Notes: generated from the letters alone by a model not told the origin. A stretch of DNA of 64,000 bases from Candidatus Latescibacterota bacterium (GCA_965208125.1 OZ242320.1:1920001-1984000); one strand, 5' to 3'. Positions 10,278 through 21,059 are shown, numbered from the stretch's first letter. A program made the numbers and translations.

Positions 10278-11027
10278 ATGACAATAGGAAAGGTAGTCAC
10301 AAGAGTCAAGGGCGTTCTGCTGTTTATTACTGTCCTGACGACAAGCACTATTACGCCGTTTAATGAGTCTTCGGGCGGTGAATTTGCAGGCATGCGGCTT
10401 TATCTCGATACCGAGGTTGAAACGCCCCCTGTATTGAACAACACATTGACCATTTCCAAAAAGAGACCTGGCGATACAATACAATTTCAACTCTTTGCAC
10501 CCACGACCGCAGACCAGCGAACATACGGCTATGAGATGGAACTTGCCCTGTCCGACAAGGCATTTTTCGATCATATCGGTAACATATCGGGAAAAGGTTT
10601 TACTGGCGCGTCTCTGCGCCGAACACCCGGCTATCCCCGTATAGCCGCGCTGATTCTTTCCATCCCCACAGTGCCAGAAAACGGCTATCTCGGGCAAATT
10701 AACTTGCAGGTCATCAAACCCCTCGACGAAAAAACAACCCTTACCGTCAAAACCATTGTGATGGCCGGCCTCAGTGGTGACCTCGACCTTTTAGATATAT
10801 CTGAAGCCACAATCTCTTTTATCGGGACTTTTAAACCAGGTGATTCCAATGGCGATTTCAATGGCGACCTCGACGTTGACTTTGCCGATTTTCTCGCCTT
10901 TGTTGGCGTCTTTGGATTGTCGGAATCAGACACCAGTTTCGACGCGAGCATGGATATGAACGGCGATGGTATCATTAACTTTGTGGATTTTCTCGCCTTT
11001 GTCCGTGCCTTTGGCAACGATCCATAG
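10278..11027 (+). CDS. secreted protein with beta-rich (cohesin-like?) domain and C-terminal dockerin/EF-hand pair
   Basis: signal-like N-terminus; DFNGDLDVDFADF...DMNGDGIINFVDF; AGGAG RBS. Confidence 0.75.
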   Translation: MTIGKVVTRVKGVLLFITVLTTSTITPFNESSGGEFAGMRLYLDTEVETPPVLNNTLTISKKRPGDTIQFQLFAPTTADQRTYGYEMELALSDKAFFDHIGNISGKGFTGASLRRTPGYPRIAALILSIPTVPENGYLGQINLQVIKPLDEKTTLTVKTIVMAGLSGDLDLLDISEATISFIGTFKPGDSNGDFNGDLDVDFADFLAFVGVFGLSESDTSFDASMDMNGDGIINFVDFLAFVRAFGNDP

Positions 11028-11073
11028 CGGTCCAATATCGCTTATCATTAGAGAATATCAGGTACTGGATTTT

Positions 11074-11105
11074 AAAAAGCACGCTCTAAATAGAGCGTGC
11101 TTTTT
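11074..11105. terminator. intrinsic terminator
   Basis: AAAAAGCACGCTCTA-AA-TAGAGCGTGCTTTTT perfect hairpin with A/T tails. Confidence 0.85.
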
Positions 11106-11114
11106 CATTCCCTC

Positions 11115-11143
11115 TTGACAGCCTCAATCCGCAGACCTATATA
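11115..11143 (+). promoter_or_regulatory. sigma70-type promoter 5 nt before ATG (probably leaderless transcript)
   Basis: TTGACA-N17-TATATA, no SD before ATG 11149. Confidence 0.6.
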
Positions 11144-11148
11144 GAACT

Positions 11149-13095
11149 ATGGCTGAAGTCGCTCGAGAACACGAACAAAAAGACCCCACCGCGCGCGCAT
11201 TGACCTATAAGTCAATCATCCTGGGACTAACGCTTGTACTCGTAGCCGCGCTCGGTGGATTTTACGCACGGCACATCTTGCACACAACGCGGCTGGCGCA
11301 AAATCACTTGTCCCTCGCCGTGGTATTTCCCTTTGCAATAACCGTCGTATTCTTGCGGCATTATCTCAAACTCAACCGGGGCGAACTGCTCGTCATCTTT
11401 TCAATGGGCCTGATCGCCTCAACCCTGCCGACGTACTTCTTGAGCCGATTAATCGCCAGCTTTTGCGTACCGTATTACCTCGCCGACCCGACAAATCGAT
11501 GGGGCGAATTTACACACGACTATCTGCCATCCTGGGCCGTAATTGAACCCGGTCCGGCACTGACGTGGTTCTTCGAGGGCTTGCCGCGCGGCACCCCTGT
11601 TCCATGGGAAGTGTGGATCGGACCTTTGTTCTGGTGGTTGAGCCTGCTCGCCGCGCTCTGCGCGGTCTTGTTGTGTACAGCAGTAATCCTGCGCAAGCAA
11701 TGGATCGAATACGAGCGATTGGACTACGCCCTCATGGAATTGCCCCTCGCAATGGTCGAAGAAGGCGATACACCATCCCGCTTGCCTCCATTTATGCGCT
11801 CGCCGCTCTTCTGGATGGGTTTTTCATTTTCGATCTTCGGCATACTATGGAACATCGTCTCCTATTTTAACCCCACATTTCCCATATTTCCCTGGCGATT
11901 TGAAGCCATATCCTTTGGGCGAGATTTTCAGTCAATTCGCATGAACCTCTACTGGCCCATTGTGGGATTTGCCTACTTTATCAACTTAGACATCTCGTTT
12001 AGCATCTGCTTTTTCTACCTCCTCGCGGTTATCGAAGAGGGATTATTCAACCGATTCGGCGTCACAATTTCAGAAGCGAACTTCTGCGGCACCTCCTTTG
12101 TGCCCGTGGGCTGGCAAATGATCGGCGTGTGGTTTACCGTCGTGGGCTGGGGGCTTTGGATTGCGCGATCCCACCTGCGCGATGTATTTCGCAAAGCATT
12201 CAAAGGCGATGCAAAAATCGATGACTCAGACGAATTGCTCTCCTATCGGAACGCAGTCTTCGGATTATTGGCCGGCCTGCTCTACATGGCCTGCTGGTTT
12301 TACGCCTCGGGCATGGGCCTGTGGGTAATCGCGGTATTTCTCATCGTCATGATGGTCGTCTATATCGGGATCTCGCGCATCATTGCCGAAACAGGCGTCA
12401 TCACCATTCGCGCCGTCATGGTACCGCAAACATTCATCATGTTCACATTCGGCACCACGCGACTCTCTGCACAAACCATGGTCGCACTCGGCATGTCATT
12501 TGGCTGGTGCGGCGACATGAAAACAACCCTCATGCCCGCCTTGACCCACTCCGTCCGTCTATTCGACACCATTCAGCATCACAAACGGCAACTCGTCTGG
12601 GCCATATGTCTGGCTATGGGCGTGGGCATTGTCGCATCCTGTTTGTATATCATATCCATGGGGTATGAAGGCGGCGCGGGCAATTACGGATCGCAAATCT
12701 CCGGAGGCCTGGCGCGAGGCCCCTGGGACTTTGTAGTCAAATACGCAAGAGATCCCGTCAATCCCGACTGGCGCAAAATGGCCTTCTTCACCAGCGGCAT
12801 CGCCTTTGCAGCCCTCCTGTACTTCTTGCGCTACCGCTACACCTGGTGGCCCCTGCACCCACTGGGACTGGCAACCGGACCTGCGTATCCCGTGACCCAT
12901 GTCGTCTTCCCAATCTTCCTCGGTTGGTTGAGCAAATTCGCCATCCTGCGTTTTGGTGGTAGCAGAACCTATCGCAGTGCCCGCCCCTTCTTTCTCGGAT
13001 TGATCATGGGATACTATGTGGGCGCGGGCATCTCGTTCTTTGTCGATATGATCTGGTTTTACGGACAAGGCCACGGCGTCCCGTTTTCCGATTGA
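11149..13095 (+). CDS. DUF6785/DUF6784 family polytopic membrane protein (putative transporter)
   Basis: ILRKQWIEYERLDY, DSDELLSYR, WWPLHPLG, PFFLGLIMG. Confidence 0.8.
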   Translation: MAEVAREHEQKDPTARALTYKSIILGLTLVLVAALGGFYARHILHTTRLAQNHLSLAVVFPFAITVVFLRHYLKLNRGELLVIFSMGLIASTLPTYFLSRLIASFCVPYYLADPTNRWGEFTHDYLPSWAVIEPGPALTWFFEGLPRGTPVPWEVWIGPLFWWLSLLAALCAVLLCTAVILRKQWIEYERLDYALMELPLAMVEEGDTPSRLPPFMRSPLFWMGFSFSIFGILWNIVSYFNPTFPIFPWRFEAISFGRDFQSIRMNLYWPIVGFAYFINLDISFSICFFYLLAVIEEGLFNRFGVTISEANFCGTSFVPVGWQMIGVWFTVVGWGLWIARSHLRDVFRKAFKGDAKIDDSDELLSYRNAVFGLLAGLLYMACWFYASGMGLWVIAVFLIVMMVVYIGISRIIAETGVITIRAVMVPQTFIMFTFGTTRLSAQTMVALGMSFGWCGDMKTTLMPALTHSVRLFDTIQHHKRQLVWAICLAMGVGIVASCLYIISMGYEGGAGNYGSQISGGLARGPWDFVVKYARDPVNPDWRKMAFFTSGIAFAALLYFLRYRYTWWPLHPLGLATGPAYPVTHVVFPIFLGWLSKFAILRFGGSRTYRSARPFFLGLIMGYYVGAGISFFVDMIWFYGQGHGVPFSD

Positions 13096-13176
13096 GCAAT
13101 CAGCAAAACCTGTTCTCACCTATCAACCCAGCTACCCAATCCTTATTTTTTATCTGATGTTACGCAGTCAGACGAA

Positions 13177-13202
13177 AATTGTCTTTTATAACAAAGACAA
13201 TT
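13177..13202. promoter_or_regulatory. perfect inverted repeat upstream of the LRR gene (candidate operator)
   Basis: AATTGTCTTT-N6-AAAGACAATT. Confidence 0.45.
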
Positions 13203-13459
13203 CTATATATTTAGCAAACGTGTGTGCAAAGTGTCAACGACGCGCCGCCGAAGCCACAGACCAGGGCGTGCCTGGCATCGCAGGGGAAAAATTGTCACAG
13301 AGATCCTGAAAAATCAGGTTCTGGATAATCAGAGAAGAAATAATGATTTTACGTACAACGCAACAGGGAAAAGATAAAAAAAAAGATCGTGCGGAGAAAC
13401 GTATAGGCGCACTTGAAAATCACCTGAATGGTCATATAGAAACGACGATAAAAAAAGAA

Positions 13460-16400
13460 ATGCTATTTATTATTGCCCTTGTGTTACTGGCATTTGTGGG
13501 TTATGCCTCCACGGGTACAAATGCAAACGACGAACGCACAACAACCCCTGCGCTCTCGTCTAATGACAATAACGACAACGCCAATCCCTCCCCCGACTTT
13601 GATGGCGACGGGACAGTTGGTATCTCCGACTTCTTGCTGTTTGTAGATGTGTTCGGCTCCCGTCAAGGCGATGAGGGATATGAAGCGCGGTTTGATCTGG
13701 ACAGTAATGGAATCATTGGAATTAGCGATTTTCTGATCTTCTCGGAGAACTTCGGCAAAGAGGTGCATCTTGATGACCGGGCAATACTGGTCAGGCTCTA
13801 CGAGGCAACGGATGGCCCGAAATGGACGAACAAGGAAAACTGGCTTAGCGACAAGCCCCTGGGGGAATGGCATGGCGTGACCACCGACGCCAACGGGCGT
13901 GTGATCCGATTGGAACTGAATGATAACAACCTGCAAGGGCCGATACCTGTGCAACTGGCACGGCTATCCAATCTTACGCAGCTGAACCTTGGCTGGACCC
14001 GGTTGACGGGGACGATGGGGAACCAGTTGACGGGGATGATACCCACGGAACTGGCACAACTCACCAACCTCACAAGGTTGGACCTTGCCTCCAACCAATT
14101 GACGGGGTCAATTCCAACTGAACTGACAAAGCTGATAAAGTTAACATATTTGGACCTTGCCTCCAACCAATTGACGGGGACGATTCCCAAAGAACTGGCA
14201 CAGCTAACAAAGCTCACAGAGTTGGGCCTTGGCTGGAACCAATTGACGGGGACAATTCCAACTGAACTGGCACAGCTAACAAAGCTCACAGAGTTGGGCC
14301 TTGGCTGGAACCAATTGACGGGGACAATTCCAACTGAACTGGCACGCCTGACCAATCTAACATCGTTGGACCTTAGTGGGAGGAGCTTTTGGGAGAGCGG
14401 ATTGACGGGGACGATTCCCAAAGAACTGGCACAACTATCCAATCTCAGAAAGTTGAACCTTGGCTCCAACCAATTGACGGGGACAATTCCAACTGAACTG
14501 GCACAGCTAACAAAGCTCGAAGAATTGGGCCTTGGCTGGAACCAGTTGACGGGAAACATTCCAACTGAACTGGCACAGCTAACCAATCTAACATATTTGT
14601 ACCTTTACCAGAACCAGTTGACAGGGACGATTCCAACAGAACTGGCACAATTGACAAGGCTCTGGACTTTGCACCTTAGCGGGAATCAGTTGACAGGGAC
14701 GATTCCCAAAGAACTGGCACGCCTGACAAGGCTCAGACAATTACATCTTTCTTCGAACCAGTTGACGGGATCGATTCCCAAAGAACTGGCACAACTGTCC
14801 AATCTCAGAAAGTTGGGCCTTAGCTGGAACCAGTTGACGGGGACAATTCCAACTGAACTGGCACAGCTAACAAAGCTAATAGTATTGGACCTTAGTGGGA
14901 ATCCGTTGACGGGAAACATTCCAACAGAACTGGCACAATTGACGAGGCTCTGGACTTTGCACCTTAGCTGGAACCAGTTGACAGGGACGATTCCCAAAGA
15001 ACTGGCACGCCTAACAAAACTCGAAGAATTGGGCCTTAGCGGGAATCAGTTGACAGGGACGATTCCCAAAGAACTGGCACAATTGACAAGGCTCAGACAA
15101 TTACATCTTTCTTGGAACCAGTTGACAGGGACGATTCCCAAAGAACTGGCACAATTGACCAACCTCACCCAACTGGTTCTCAGTGGAAATGCCGAATTGT
15201 CGGGACCATTGCCTCCGGCATTCACGGACCTCTCTCTGGAATCGCTCTATTTGTCAGGCACCGGGGTGTGCGTGCCTCTGACCGGCGCATTCGTGGAATG
15301 GCTCGACAGTATTCCGACAAAAAGGGGAGGTACCCACTGCGCTGACCCGGAACGGGATGCGTTGATCTCGCTCTATAGGCAGACGAACGGACCGAATTGG
15401 ACGAACAACAAAAACTGGACGACCCTGGAGCCTCTGGGCGATTGGTATGGCGTGACCACAGATGCCGACGGACGCGTCACCCACCTGAACCTGAGGGACA
15501 ACAACCTGAGCGGTCTCCTTCCCCCCTCACTGAGCAATTTGGGCAACCTGAAAACACTGAACCTCGCTGGCAACGCGGCCCTGTCCGGTCCATTGTCTCA
15601 GGGGTTTACTGGTCTCACACTCGAATCCCTGGACCTGGAAGAAACGCGGCTGTGCGCGCCCCCTCTCTCCGAATTCCAGACGTGGGTTAATGGAATAAGG
15701 GACAGTGACGTTGCCCAATGTACCGACGCCCGTCCGGATTATTACGCTTTGGCCGCGCTGTACAACGGGACGGAAGGAGCAAACTGGACAAACGCGACGA
15801 ACTGGGCGAGCGACGCGCCCTTGGGCGAATGGTATGGCGTGACCACAGACGCCAGTGGGCGCGTGACCGAATTGTCCCTGAATGATAACAACCTGCAAGG
15901 AGCGATACCAGTGGAACTGGGGCAACTTACCAATCTCGCGTCGCTGAATCTATCCTCAAATCAGTTGACCGGCAATATACCCTCCGAACTGGCACAACTC
16001 AAAAATCTCACGAGGTTAACCCTTGGCTGGAACGATTTGACGGGGACAATTGCGACAGAACTGACACAGCTAACCAAGCTCACATCGTTGTTCCTTAGGA
16101 GCAACCAGCTAACGGGCAATATACCTTCCGAACTGGCGCAACTTTCCAACCTCACAGGACTGGATCTAGGGTTCAATAACCTGACCGGTGAGATACCCCC
16201 AGAACTGGGACAACTCACAAACCTTAGAACATTGAATCTTTCTGGCAATTCGTTAGACGGGAATATACCTTCCGAACTGGCGCAACTTTCCAACCTCACA
16301 GGACTGGATCTAGGGTTCAATAACCTGACCGGTGAGATACCCCCGGAACTGGGACAACTCAACAATCTCACAAGGCTGGAGCTTTACGAAAACTTCCTCA

Positions 16401-18529
16401 CCGGCAATATCCCCCCGGAATTGGGACAACTCAACAACCTCAGATCGTTGTTCCTTAGGAGCAACCAGCTAACGGGCAATATACCTTCCGAACTGGGACA
16501 ACTCAACAACCTCACAGAACTGGGGCTTTTCGAAAACTTCCTCACCGGCAATATCCCCCCGGAATTGGGACAACTCAACAACCTCACATACCTGAATCTA
16601 TCCATAAACCAGTTATCGGGCAATATACCACCAGAACTGGGACAACTCAACAATCTCACAGAACTGGATCTATCTACAAACCAGTTATCCGGCAACATAC
16701 CCCCGGAACTGGGGCAACTCAACAATCTCGAAGAACTGAATCTATCTACAAACCAGTTATCCGGCAACATACCCCCGGAACTGGGGCAACTCAACAATCT
16801 CGAAGAACTGAATCTATCTACCAATCAGTTATCCGGCAACATACCCCCGGAACTGGGACAACTCACAAACCTCAAAACGTTAAACCTGGGCTTCAACGGC
16901 GCCCTGTCCGGAACGCTGCCCAACGCCATTACAGATCTCTCCCTTGAATCTCTGCGACTGCATGAAACACTCCTGTGTTCACCGCAGGACGCCGAATTCC
17001 AGGCGTGGCTGAGGGCAATACCGTTCTCTCGCATACCCAACTGCGCCCGTTTCGATGAGGCAGCGGCCTACCTGGTGCAGACCACGCAATCACTCGAATA
17101 TCCCGTGCCCCTATTGGCTGGCGAAGCCGCTTTGCTGCGCGTGTTCGTCACGGCTGAACAGGAGGTCAATGCCACCTGGCCTCCCGTGCGGGCTACCTTC
17201 TACAGAGACGGCATCGAGGTACACATGGCGAACATCGGGAGCCAGACTATGAACATCCCCCGGCAGGTCAACGAAGCGTCACTATTAAATTCAGCCAACG
17301 CGGTGGTGCCTGGATCCGTCGTGGTGCCAGGACTGGAGATGGTGGTCGAGATCGATCCCGACCAGACCCTGGATCCGGCTCTAAGCATCGCCACCCGCCT
17401 GCCCCAGACGGGTCGCACGGCTCTGGATGTGCGGTCCGTGCCGCCCTTTGAATTGACGCTGATACCCTTTCTGTGGGAAGAGAACCCGGACCGCTCCGTA
17501 TTGACACAAACCGAGGGCCTGTCGTCTGAATCCGATCTGTTCCGATTGACCCGCGATATTCTGCCGGTGAGCGAGTTCCGTCTGACGGTTCATGAGCCGG
17601 TATTGACTTCTGTGGATCCCACGTCGGACGCTTCTGGCATATTGGGGCCCGAAACCGACTTGATTTACGCTATGGAAGGCGCGAAGGGTTATTATATGGG
17701 CATTTTCAATCGTCAGGGCCAAAGTGGTCTGCGAGGAATAGCTAAGTTATCCGCATTTACAAGTCTGTCCATCCTCGACGAGAACGTTATCGCACACGAA
17801 CTCGGCCACAACCTGAGTCTGCGACATGCCCCGGGATGTGGCGCAGGGGGTCCAGATCCGGAATATCCCAATGAGGACGGCTCCATCGGCGCGTGGGGAT
17901 ACGATTTCGTCAACAAATCGCTGGTGAGTCCCGCAACCTCGGATATCATGACCTACTGCGATACCCAATGGATCAGCGACTACTCGTTTACCAGGGCACT
18001 TGCCCGGCGCTCTCACGCCGAGAGCACGCCGCTGGCAGCGTCCTACACGCCGCCCACGAGAGGCCTGCTGATCTGGGGCGGCCTGGACGAGAACGAAAAA
18101 CCCTTTCTCGAACCGGCTTTCGTGGTCAGTGCCCCCCCGTCCCTGCCGCGGATAGACGGTCCGTACCAGCTCACGGGCGAGGATGAACACGGCAACGATC
18201 TGTTCAGCCTGCCGTTCGGCATCCCTGAGTACGGGTGCGGCGGCAAGGGCGGCGCCTTCGCCTTCATTCTTCCGGTACAGGACGATTGGGCGGGCAGGCT
18301 GGCGCGCATTGCGCTTTCGGGCCCTGAAGGCGTTTCCATCCTGGATGGCGAGGGCGATCTCTCAGCTACACTCCTGCTGGACCGCGCCACGGGAAATGTC
18401 CGGGGCATCCTGCGGGACAGGTCACAGGCGGCTGCGAAGCGGCCTGCAGCCAGCCTTTTGCCACCGGAACCGGAACTGGAGGTCTTGACCAGTCGCGGCA
18501 TCCCGGATGCAGCCTCCTATGAGCGCTGA
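13460..18529 (+). CDS. secreted LRR protein: dockerin/EF-hand, three capped plant-type LRR blocks, C-terminal M66-like zinc metallopeptidase
   Basis: signal peptide MLFIIALVLL; about 37 LxxLxLxxNxLTGxIPxEL repeats; HELGHNLSLRH and DIMTYC Met-turn; ORF is open from 13343. Confidence 0.88.
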   Translation: MLFIIALVLLAFVGYASTGTNANDERTTTPALSSNDNNDNANPSPDFDGDGTVGISDFLLFVDVFGSRQGDEGYEARFDLDSNGIIGISDFLIFSENFGKEVHLDDRAILVRLYEATDGPKWTNKENWLSDKPLGEWHGVTTDANGRVIRLELNDNNLQGPIPVQLARLSNLTQLNLGWTRLTGTMGNQLTGMIPTELAQLTNLTRLDLASNQLTGSIPTELTKLIKLTYLDLASNQLTGTIPKELAQLTKLTELGLGWNQLTGTIPTELAQLTKLTELGLGWNQLTGTIPTELARLTNLTSLDLSGRSFWESGLTGTIPKELAQLSNLRKLNLGSNQLTGTIPTELAQLTKLEELGLGWNQLTGNIPTELAQLTNLTYLYLYQNQLTGTIPTELAQLTRLWTLHLSGNQLTGTIPKELARLTRLRQLHLSSNQLTGSIPKELAQLSNLRKLGLSWNQLTGTIPTELAQLTKLIVLDLSGNPLTGNIPTELAQLTRLWTLHLSWNQLTGTIPKELARLTKLEELGLSGNQLTGTIPKELAQLTRLRQLHLSWNQLTGTIPKELAQLTNLTQLVLSGNAELSGPLPPAFTDLSLESLYLSGTGVCVPLTGAFVEWLDSIPTKRGGTHCADPERDALISLYRQTNGPNWTNNKNWTTLEPLGDWYGVTTDADGRVTHLNLRDNNLSGLLPPSLSNLGNLKTLNLAGNAALSGPLSQGFTGLTLESLDLEETRLCAPPLSEFQTWVNGIRDSDVAQCTDARPDYYALAALYNGTEGANWTNATNWASDAPLGEWYGVTTDASGRVTELSLNDNNLQGAIPVELGQLTNLASLNLSSNQLTGNIPSELAQLKNLTRLTLGWNDLTGTIATELTQLTKLTSLFLRSNQLTGNIPSELAQLSNLTGLDLGFNNLTGEIPPELGQLTNLRTLNLSGNSLDGNIPSELAQLSNLTGLDLGFNNLTGEIPPELGQLNNLTRLELYENFLTGNIPPELGQLNNLRSLFLRSNQLTGNIPSELGQLNNLTELGLFENFLTGNIPPELGQLNNLTYLNLSINQLSGNIPPELGQLNNLTELDLSTNQLSGNIPPELGQLNNLEELNLSTNQLSGNIPPELGQLNNLEELNLSTNQLSGNIPPELGQLTNLKTLNLGFNGALSGTLPNAITDLSLESLRLHETLLCSPQDAEFQAWLRAIPFSRIPNCARFDEAAAYLVQTTQSLEYPVPLLAGEAALLRVFVTAEQEVNATWPPVRATFYRDGIEVHMANIGSQTMNIPRQVNEASLLNSANAVVPGSVVVPGLEMVVEIDPDQTLDPALSIATRLPQTGRTALDVRSVPPFELTLIPFLWEENPDRSVLTQTEGLSSESDLFRLTRDILPVSEFRLTVHEPVLTSVDPTSDASGILGPETDLIYAMEGAKGYYMGIFNRQGQSGLRGIAKLSAFTSLSILDENVIAHELGHNLSLRHAPGCGAGGPDPEYPNEDGSIGAWGYDFVNKSLVSPATSDIMTYCDTQWISDYSFTRALARRSHAESTPLAASYTPPTRGLLIWGGLDENEKPFLEPAFVVSAPPSLPRIDGPYQLTGEDEHGNDLFSLPFGIPEYGCGGKGGAFAFILPVQDDWAGRLARIALSGPEGVSILDGEGDLSATLLLDRATGNVRGILRDRSQAAAKRPAASLLPPEPELEVLTSRGIPDAASYER
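13904..16970 (+). repeat. 72-bp coding tandem repeats (LRR units) in three blocks
   Basis: near-identical units, e.g. aaccaattgacggggacaattccaactgaactggcac; block edges approximate. Confidence 0.9.
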
Positions 18530-18551
18530 CGCAATGCCGATGTGTCGTGAG

Positions 18552-18821
18552 CTATGAACTCAGCGTTAGCTCCTGAAGATATAAATTTCGCGCACTATCA
18601 GTGAGTGACACGGCATCGAGACCACCGAAACGGATAACAAATTTTGCCCGTTCGTCGCTCGCTAAAATAAAAAATTCAGGATGGCTTTTGACGATTTGGA
18701 TGACTGTTTCAGGAGATATTTTGAGATCTCTTGCAATGCCCCCTGGCGTGCGCCAGTCACCTCTGGAGTGATAGATCACTTTGACAATATCCTTTATCGT
18801 TCCTTGTTCATTTTGATCCAT
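18552..18821 (-). CDS. small hypothetical protein, possibly winged-HTH-like
   Basis: WRTPGGIARDLKISPETVIQIV; AT-rich. Confidence 0.55.
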   Translation of the reverse strand: MDQNEQGTIKDIVKVIYHSRGDWRTPGGIARDLKISPETVIQIVKSHPEFFILASDERAKFVIRFGGLDAVSLTDSARNLYLQELTLSS

Positions 18822-18996
18822 TTTCTCGCTCCTTTGATTGTGACCGCTGAACAATATCAGCTACGATATCAATGACAGTATCTCTAAACATGTCACTTTC
18901 AACAAAATTTTCAATCTCTTCATTGCGTGCTATGCTCTCATCAACTTTATCCATTAAGTCAAAAATAAACAAAGCCCATTGGTCGGTAGTGATCAA
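18808..18996 (-). CDS. small acidic hypothetical protein
   Basis: 62-aa ORF overlapping the next gene start; AT-rich. Confidence 0.4.
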   Translation of the reverse strand: MITTDQWALFIFDLMDKVDESIARNEEIENFVESDMFRDTVIDIVADIVQRSQSKERENGSK

Positions 18997-19064
18997 CGGG
19001 CTTTCTTAATTTCCTCTCCTAATTTGGGTTGCATTCTAATGTCGTGGATTAGATATTACAAAAC

Positions 19065-20903
19065 ATGACATCGAAAACAAACAACGCTATGGACCGGATC
19101 TCGCACTATTTTCCCTATATCGTGGGCGGGACTGCGATCGTGATCCGTCTTTTTTATCTCTGGTCATTTTGGGCCAATCATCCGTTCTCGCAGAAACTGA
19201 TCTCCGATGCGCGGATATTCGACGACTGGGCACTGCGCATTGCCTCTGGTGATTGGCTCGGCACGGCAGAAGTCTTCATTTTACCCCCCCTGTACCCATA
19301 CCTCATGGCGGTTGTATATGCAATCTTTGGGCACGCGCCCAAACTGATAATAGGCTTACAGGCTGCCGCCGGATGTGCCAGTGCGATACTAATCTATCGC
19401 CTGGGCGCGCGGCACTTTGGTGCATACGCGGGATTATTTGCGGGATTATTATTTGCGTGTTATGGACCGCAACTATTTTACGAAGGCATGCTACTCGGCA
19501 CATCGGGTGCCGTATTCCTCAGTCTCATAGGATTGACGCTAATCTCGGGTAAGAATAAAACCCCCTGGCACTGGGGGCTGACGGGATTGGTCTTTGGACT
19601 GGCAACACTCATGCGCCCCAACATCTTATCCGCAATCCCATTCTTGCTATTCGGCGCGTGGTGGGCCTACCACAAAGCAACACCGGCAAAATGTTCAATA
19701 CGGCTGGCGAGTTACTTCTTAGGGGGACTCATCCTCCCCCTCCTCCTGTGCGGACTGCGCAATGGCCTGGTCGCAGACGACTGGGTATTGATGACCGCAC
19801 ATGGCGGCATCAACTTTTACATGGGCAATCACCCGGATGCGCCAGGCTGGTTCTCCGCACCTCCAGGCGTGGATGCACAGATCACCCCGGATGGGGCACA
19901 GGGCAATTTGGAAGGCCCGCGCCGCGTGGCCGAAAATGCTCTGGGGCGATCTTTGAAAGCATCTGAAGTCTCGTCCTTCTGGTTTAATAAAGGACTCGCA
20001 TTCTGGATAGACGATCCAACAGGCGCGTTAACCGTGACCTTGCGAAAAGTGCGCCTATTTGCATCGGGATACGAAGTCCCGCTCAATTACAACTTTTATT
20101 ACCAGAGAAAATTCTCTGCCCTCTTGCGCTTTCCAATCGCAGAACTGTGGATACTATTTCCCCTATCCATCGTGGGCCTCATCGTCGCAGCCCGGCAATT
20201 TGACCGCCATGCCATCCTGTATCTGTGGCTCATAGGATATGCGGCAGGTGTATTGGCATTTCACGTATCCTCGCGCTACCGCATGCCCGCAATCCCCATC
20301 CTCCTGATATTTGCGGGCATGGGAATATGGACATTGATATCCTGTGTACAATCGCAAAAATGGAAAAACCTGTGCATCAGTGCAGCGGTGCTAATCATCC
20401 TGTGGACCGGTTACCGCATTGAACAAAACGCACAACTCGCCCAAAACAACTGGACCATGGACCCCTTCAATCTGGGCACGGCTTATTTGTGGGCAAACGA
20501 AAATGAACCGGCGCGATTATATCTCGAAGAAGCGGAAAAATACGGACAGGGCGATGCCGTCTTGTATTACAACCTGGGATTGGCTTATGCACGCACCCAA
20601 AAAATGGACGCCGCCAAAAATGCGTATCTCCAGGCACTATCCCGGGACCCCGACATGGTGCGCGCGTACGTCAACCTGGGCAACATCTTATTTCACGAAG
20701 AAAAATTTCACCAGGCAATAAATAACTACCGGGAAGCACTGAAACGAGATCCCAACACCCACAATGCGCGTGCAAACATGGGCTGGGCGTATTGGTCTCT
20801 GGGAAGAACAGACGAAGCGCGCAGCGCCTGGCAGCAGGTCTTGCAAACAGCGCCCGATCACCCCTCAGCAAAAGCGGGGATAGCGCGCATTCGAGAAGAA
20901 TAA
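19065..20903 (+). CDS. GT-C (ArnT/PMT_2-like) glycosyltransferase with C-terminal TPRs
   Basis: SDARIFD, PPLYPY, LMRPN, GGINFYMGN, SSRYRMP; TPR YYNLGLAY / YVNLGNIL. Confidence 0.85.
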   Translation: MTSKTNNAMDRISHYFPYIVGGTAIVIRLFYLWSFWANHPFSQKLISDARIFDDWALRIASGDWLGTAEVFILPPLYPYLMAVVYAIFGHAPKLIIGLQAAAGCASAILIYRLGARHFGAYAGLFAGLLFACYGPQLFYEGMLLGTSGAVFLSLIGLTLISGKNKTPWHWGLTGLVFGLATLMRPNILSAIPFLLFGAWWAYHKATPAKCSIRLASYFLGGLILPLLLCGLRNGLVADDWVLMTAHGGINFYMGNHPDAPGWFSAPPGVDAQITPDGAQGNLEGPRRVAENALGRSLKASEVSSFWFNKGLAFWIDDPTGALTVTLRKVRLFASGYEVPLNYNFYYQRKFSALLRFPIAELWILFPLSIVGLIVAARQFDRHAILYLWLIGYAAGVLAFHVSSRYRMPAIPILLIFAGMGIWTLISCVQSQKWKNLCISAAVLIILWTGYRIEQNAQLAQNNWTMDPFNLGTAYLWANENEPARLYLEEAEKYGQGDAVLYYNLGLAYARTQKMDAAKNAYLQALSRDPDMVRAYVNLGNILFHEEKFHQAINNYREALKRDPNTHNARANMGWAYWSLGRTDEARSAWQQVLQTAPDHPSAKAGIARIREE

Positions 20904-20914
20904 ACGTAAGAACT

Positions 20915-20944
20915 ATCAGTCAAAATCATCAGTCAAAACCATCA
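20915..20944. repeat. 13-bp direct repeat x2.3
   Basis: ATCAGTCAAAATC ATCAGTCAAAACC ATCA. Confidence 0.7.
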
Positions 20945-21059
20945 CGCACAGCGTGTGAGTCCGTCTCGCATATGAATTATACACACCCTTTAATTAAATA
21001 GACTTCAGGTATCGCCATATTTATATTGGCCTGATTTTTCATCGATCTGGAGTCCCTCA

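Noticed and set aside
13904-16970. CRISPR array or DGR variable region
   Set aside because: Repeats are 72-bp in-frame coding units; there are no cas or reverse transcriptase genes, and variation is not adenine-specific.
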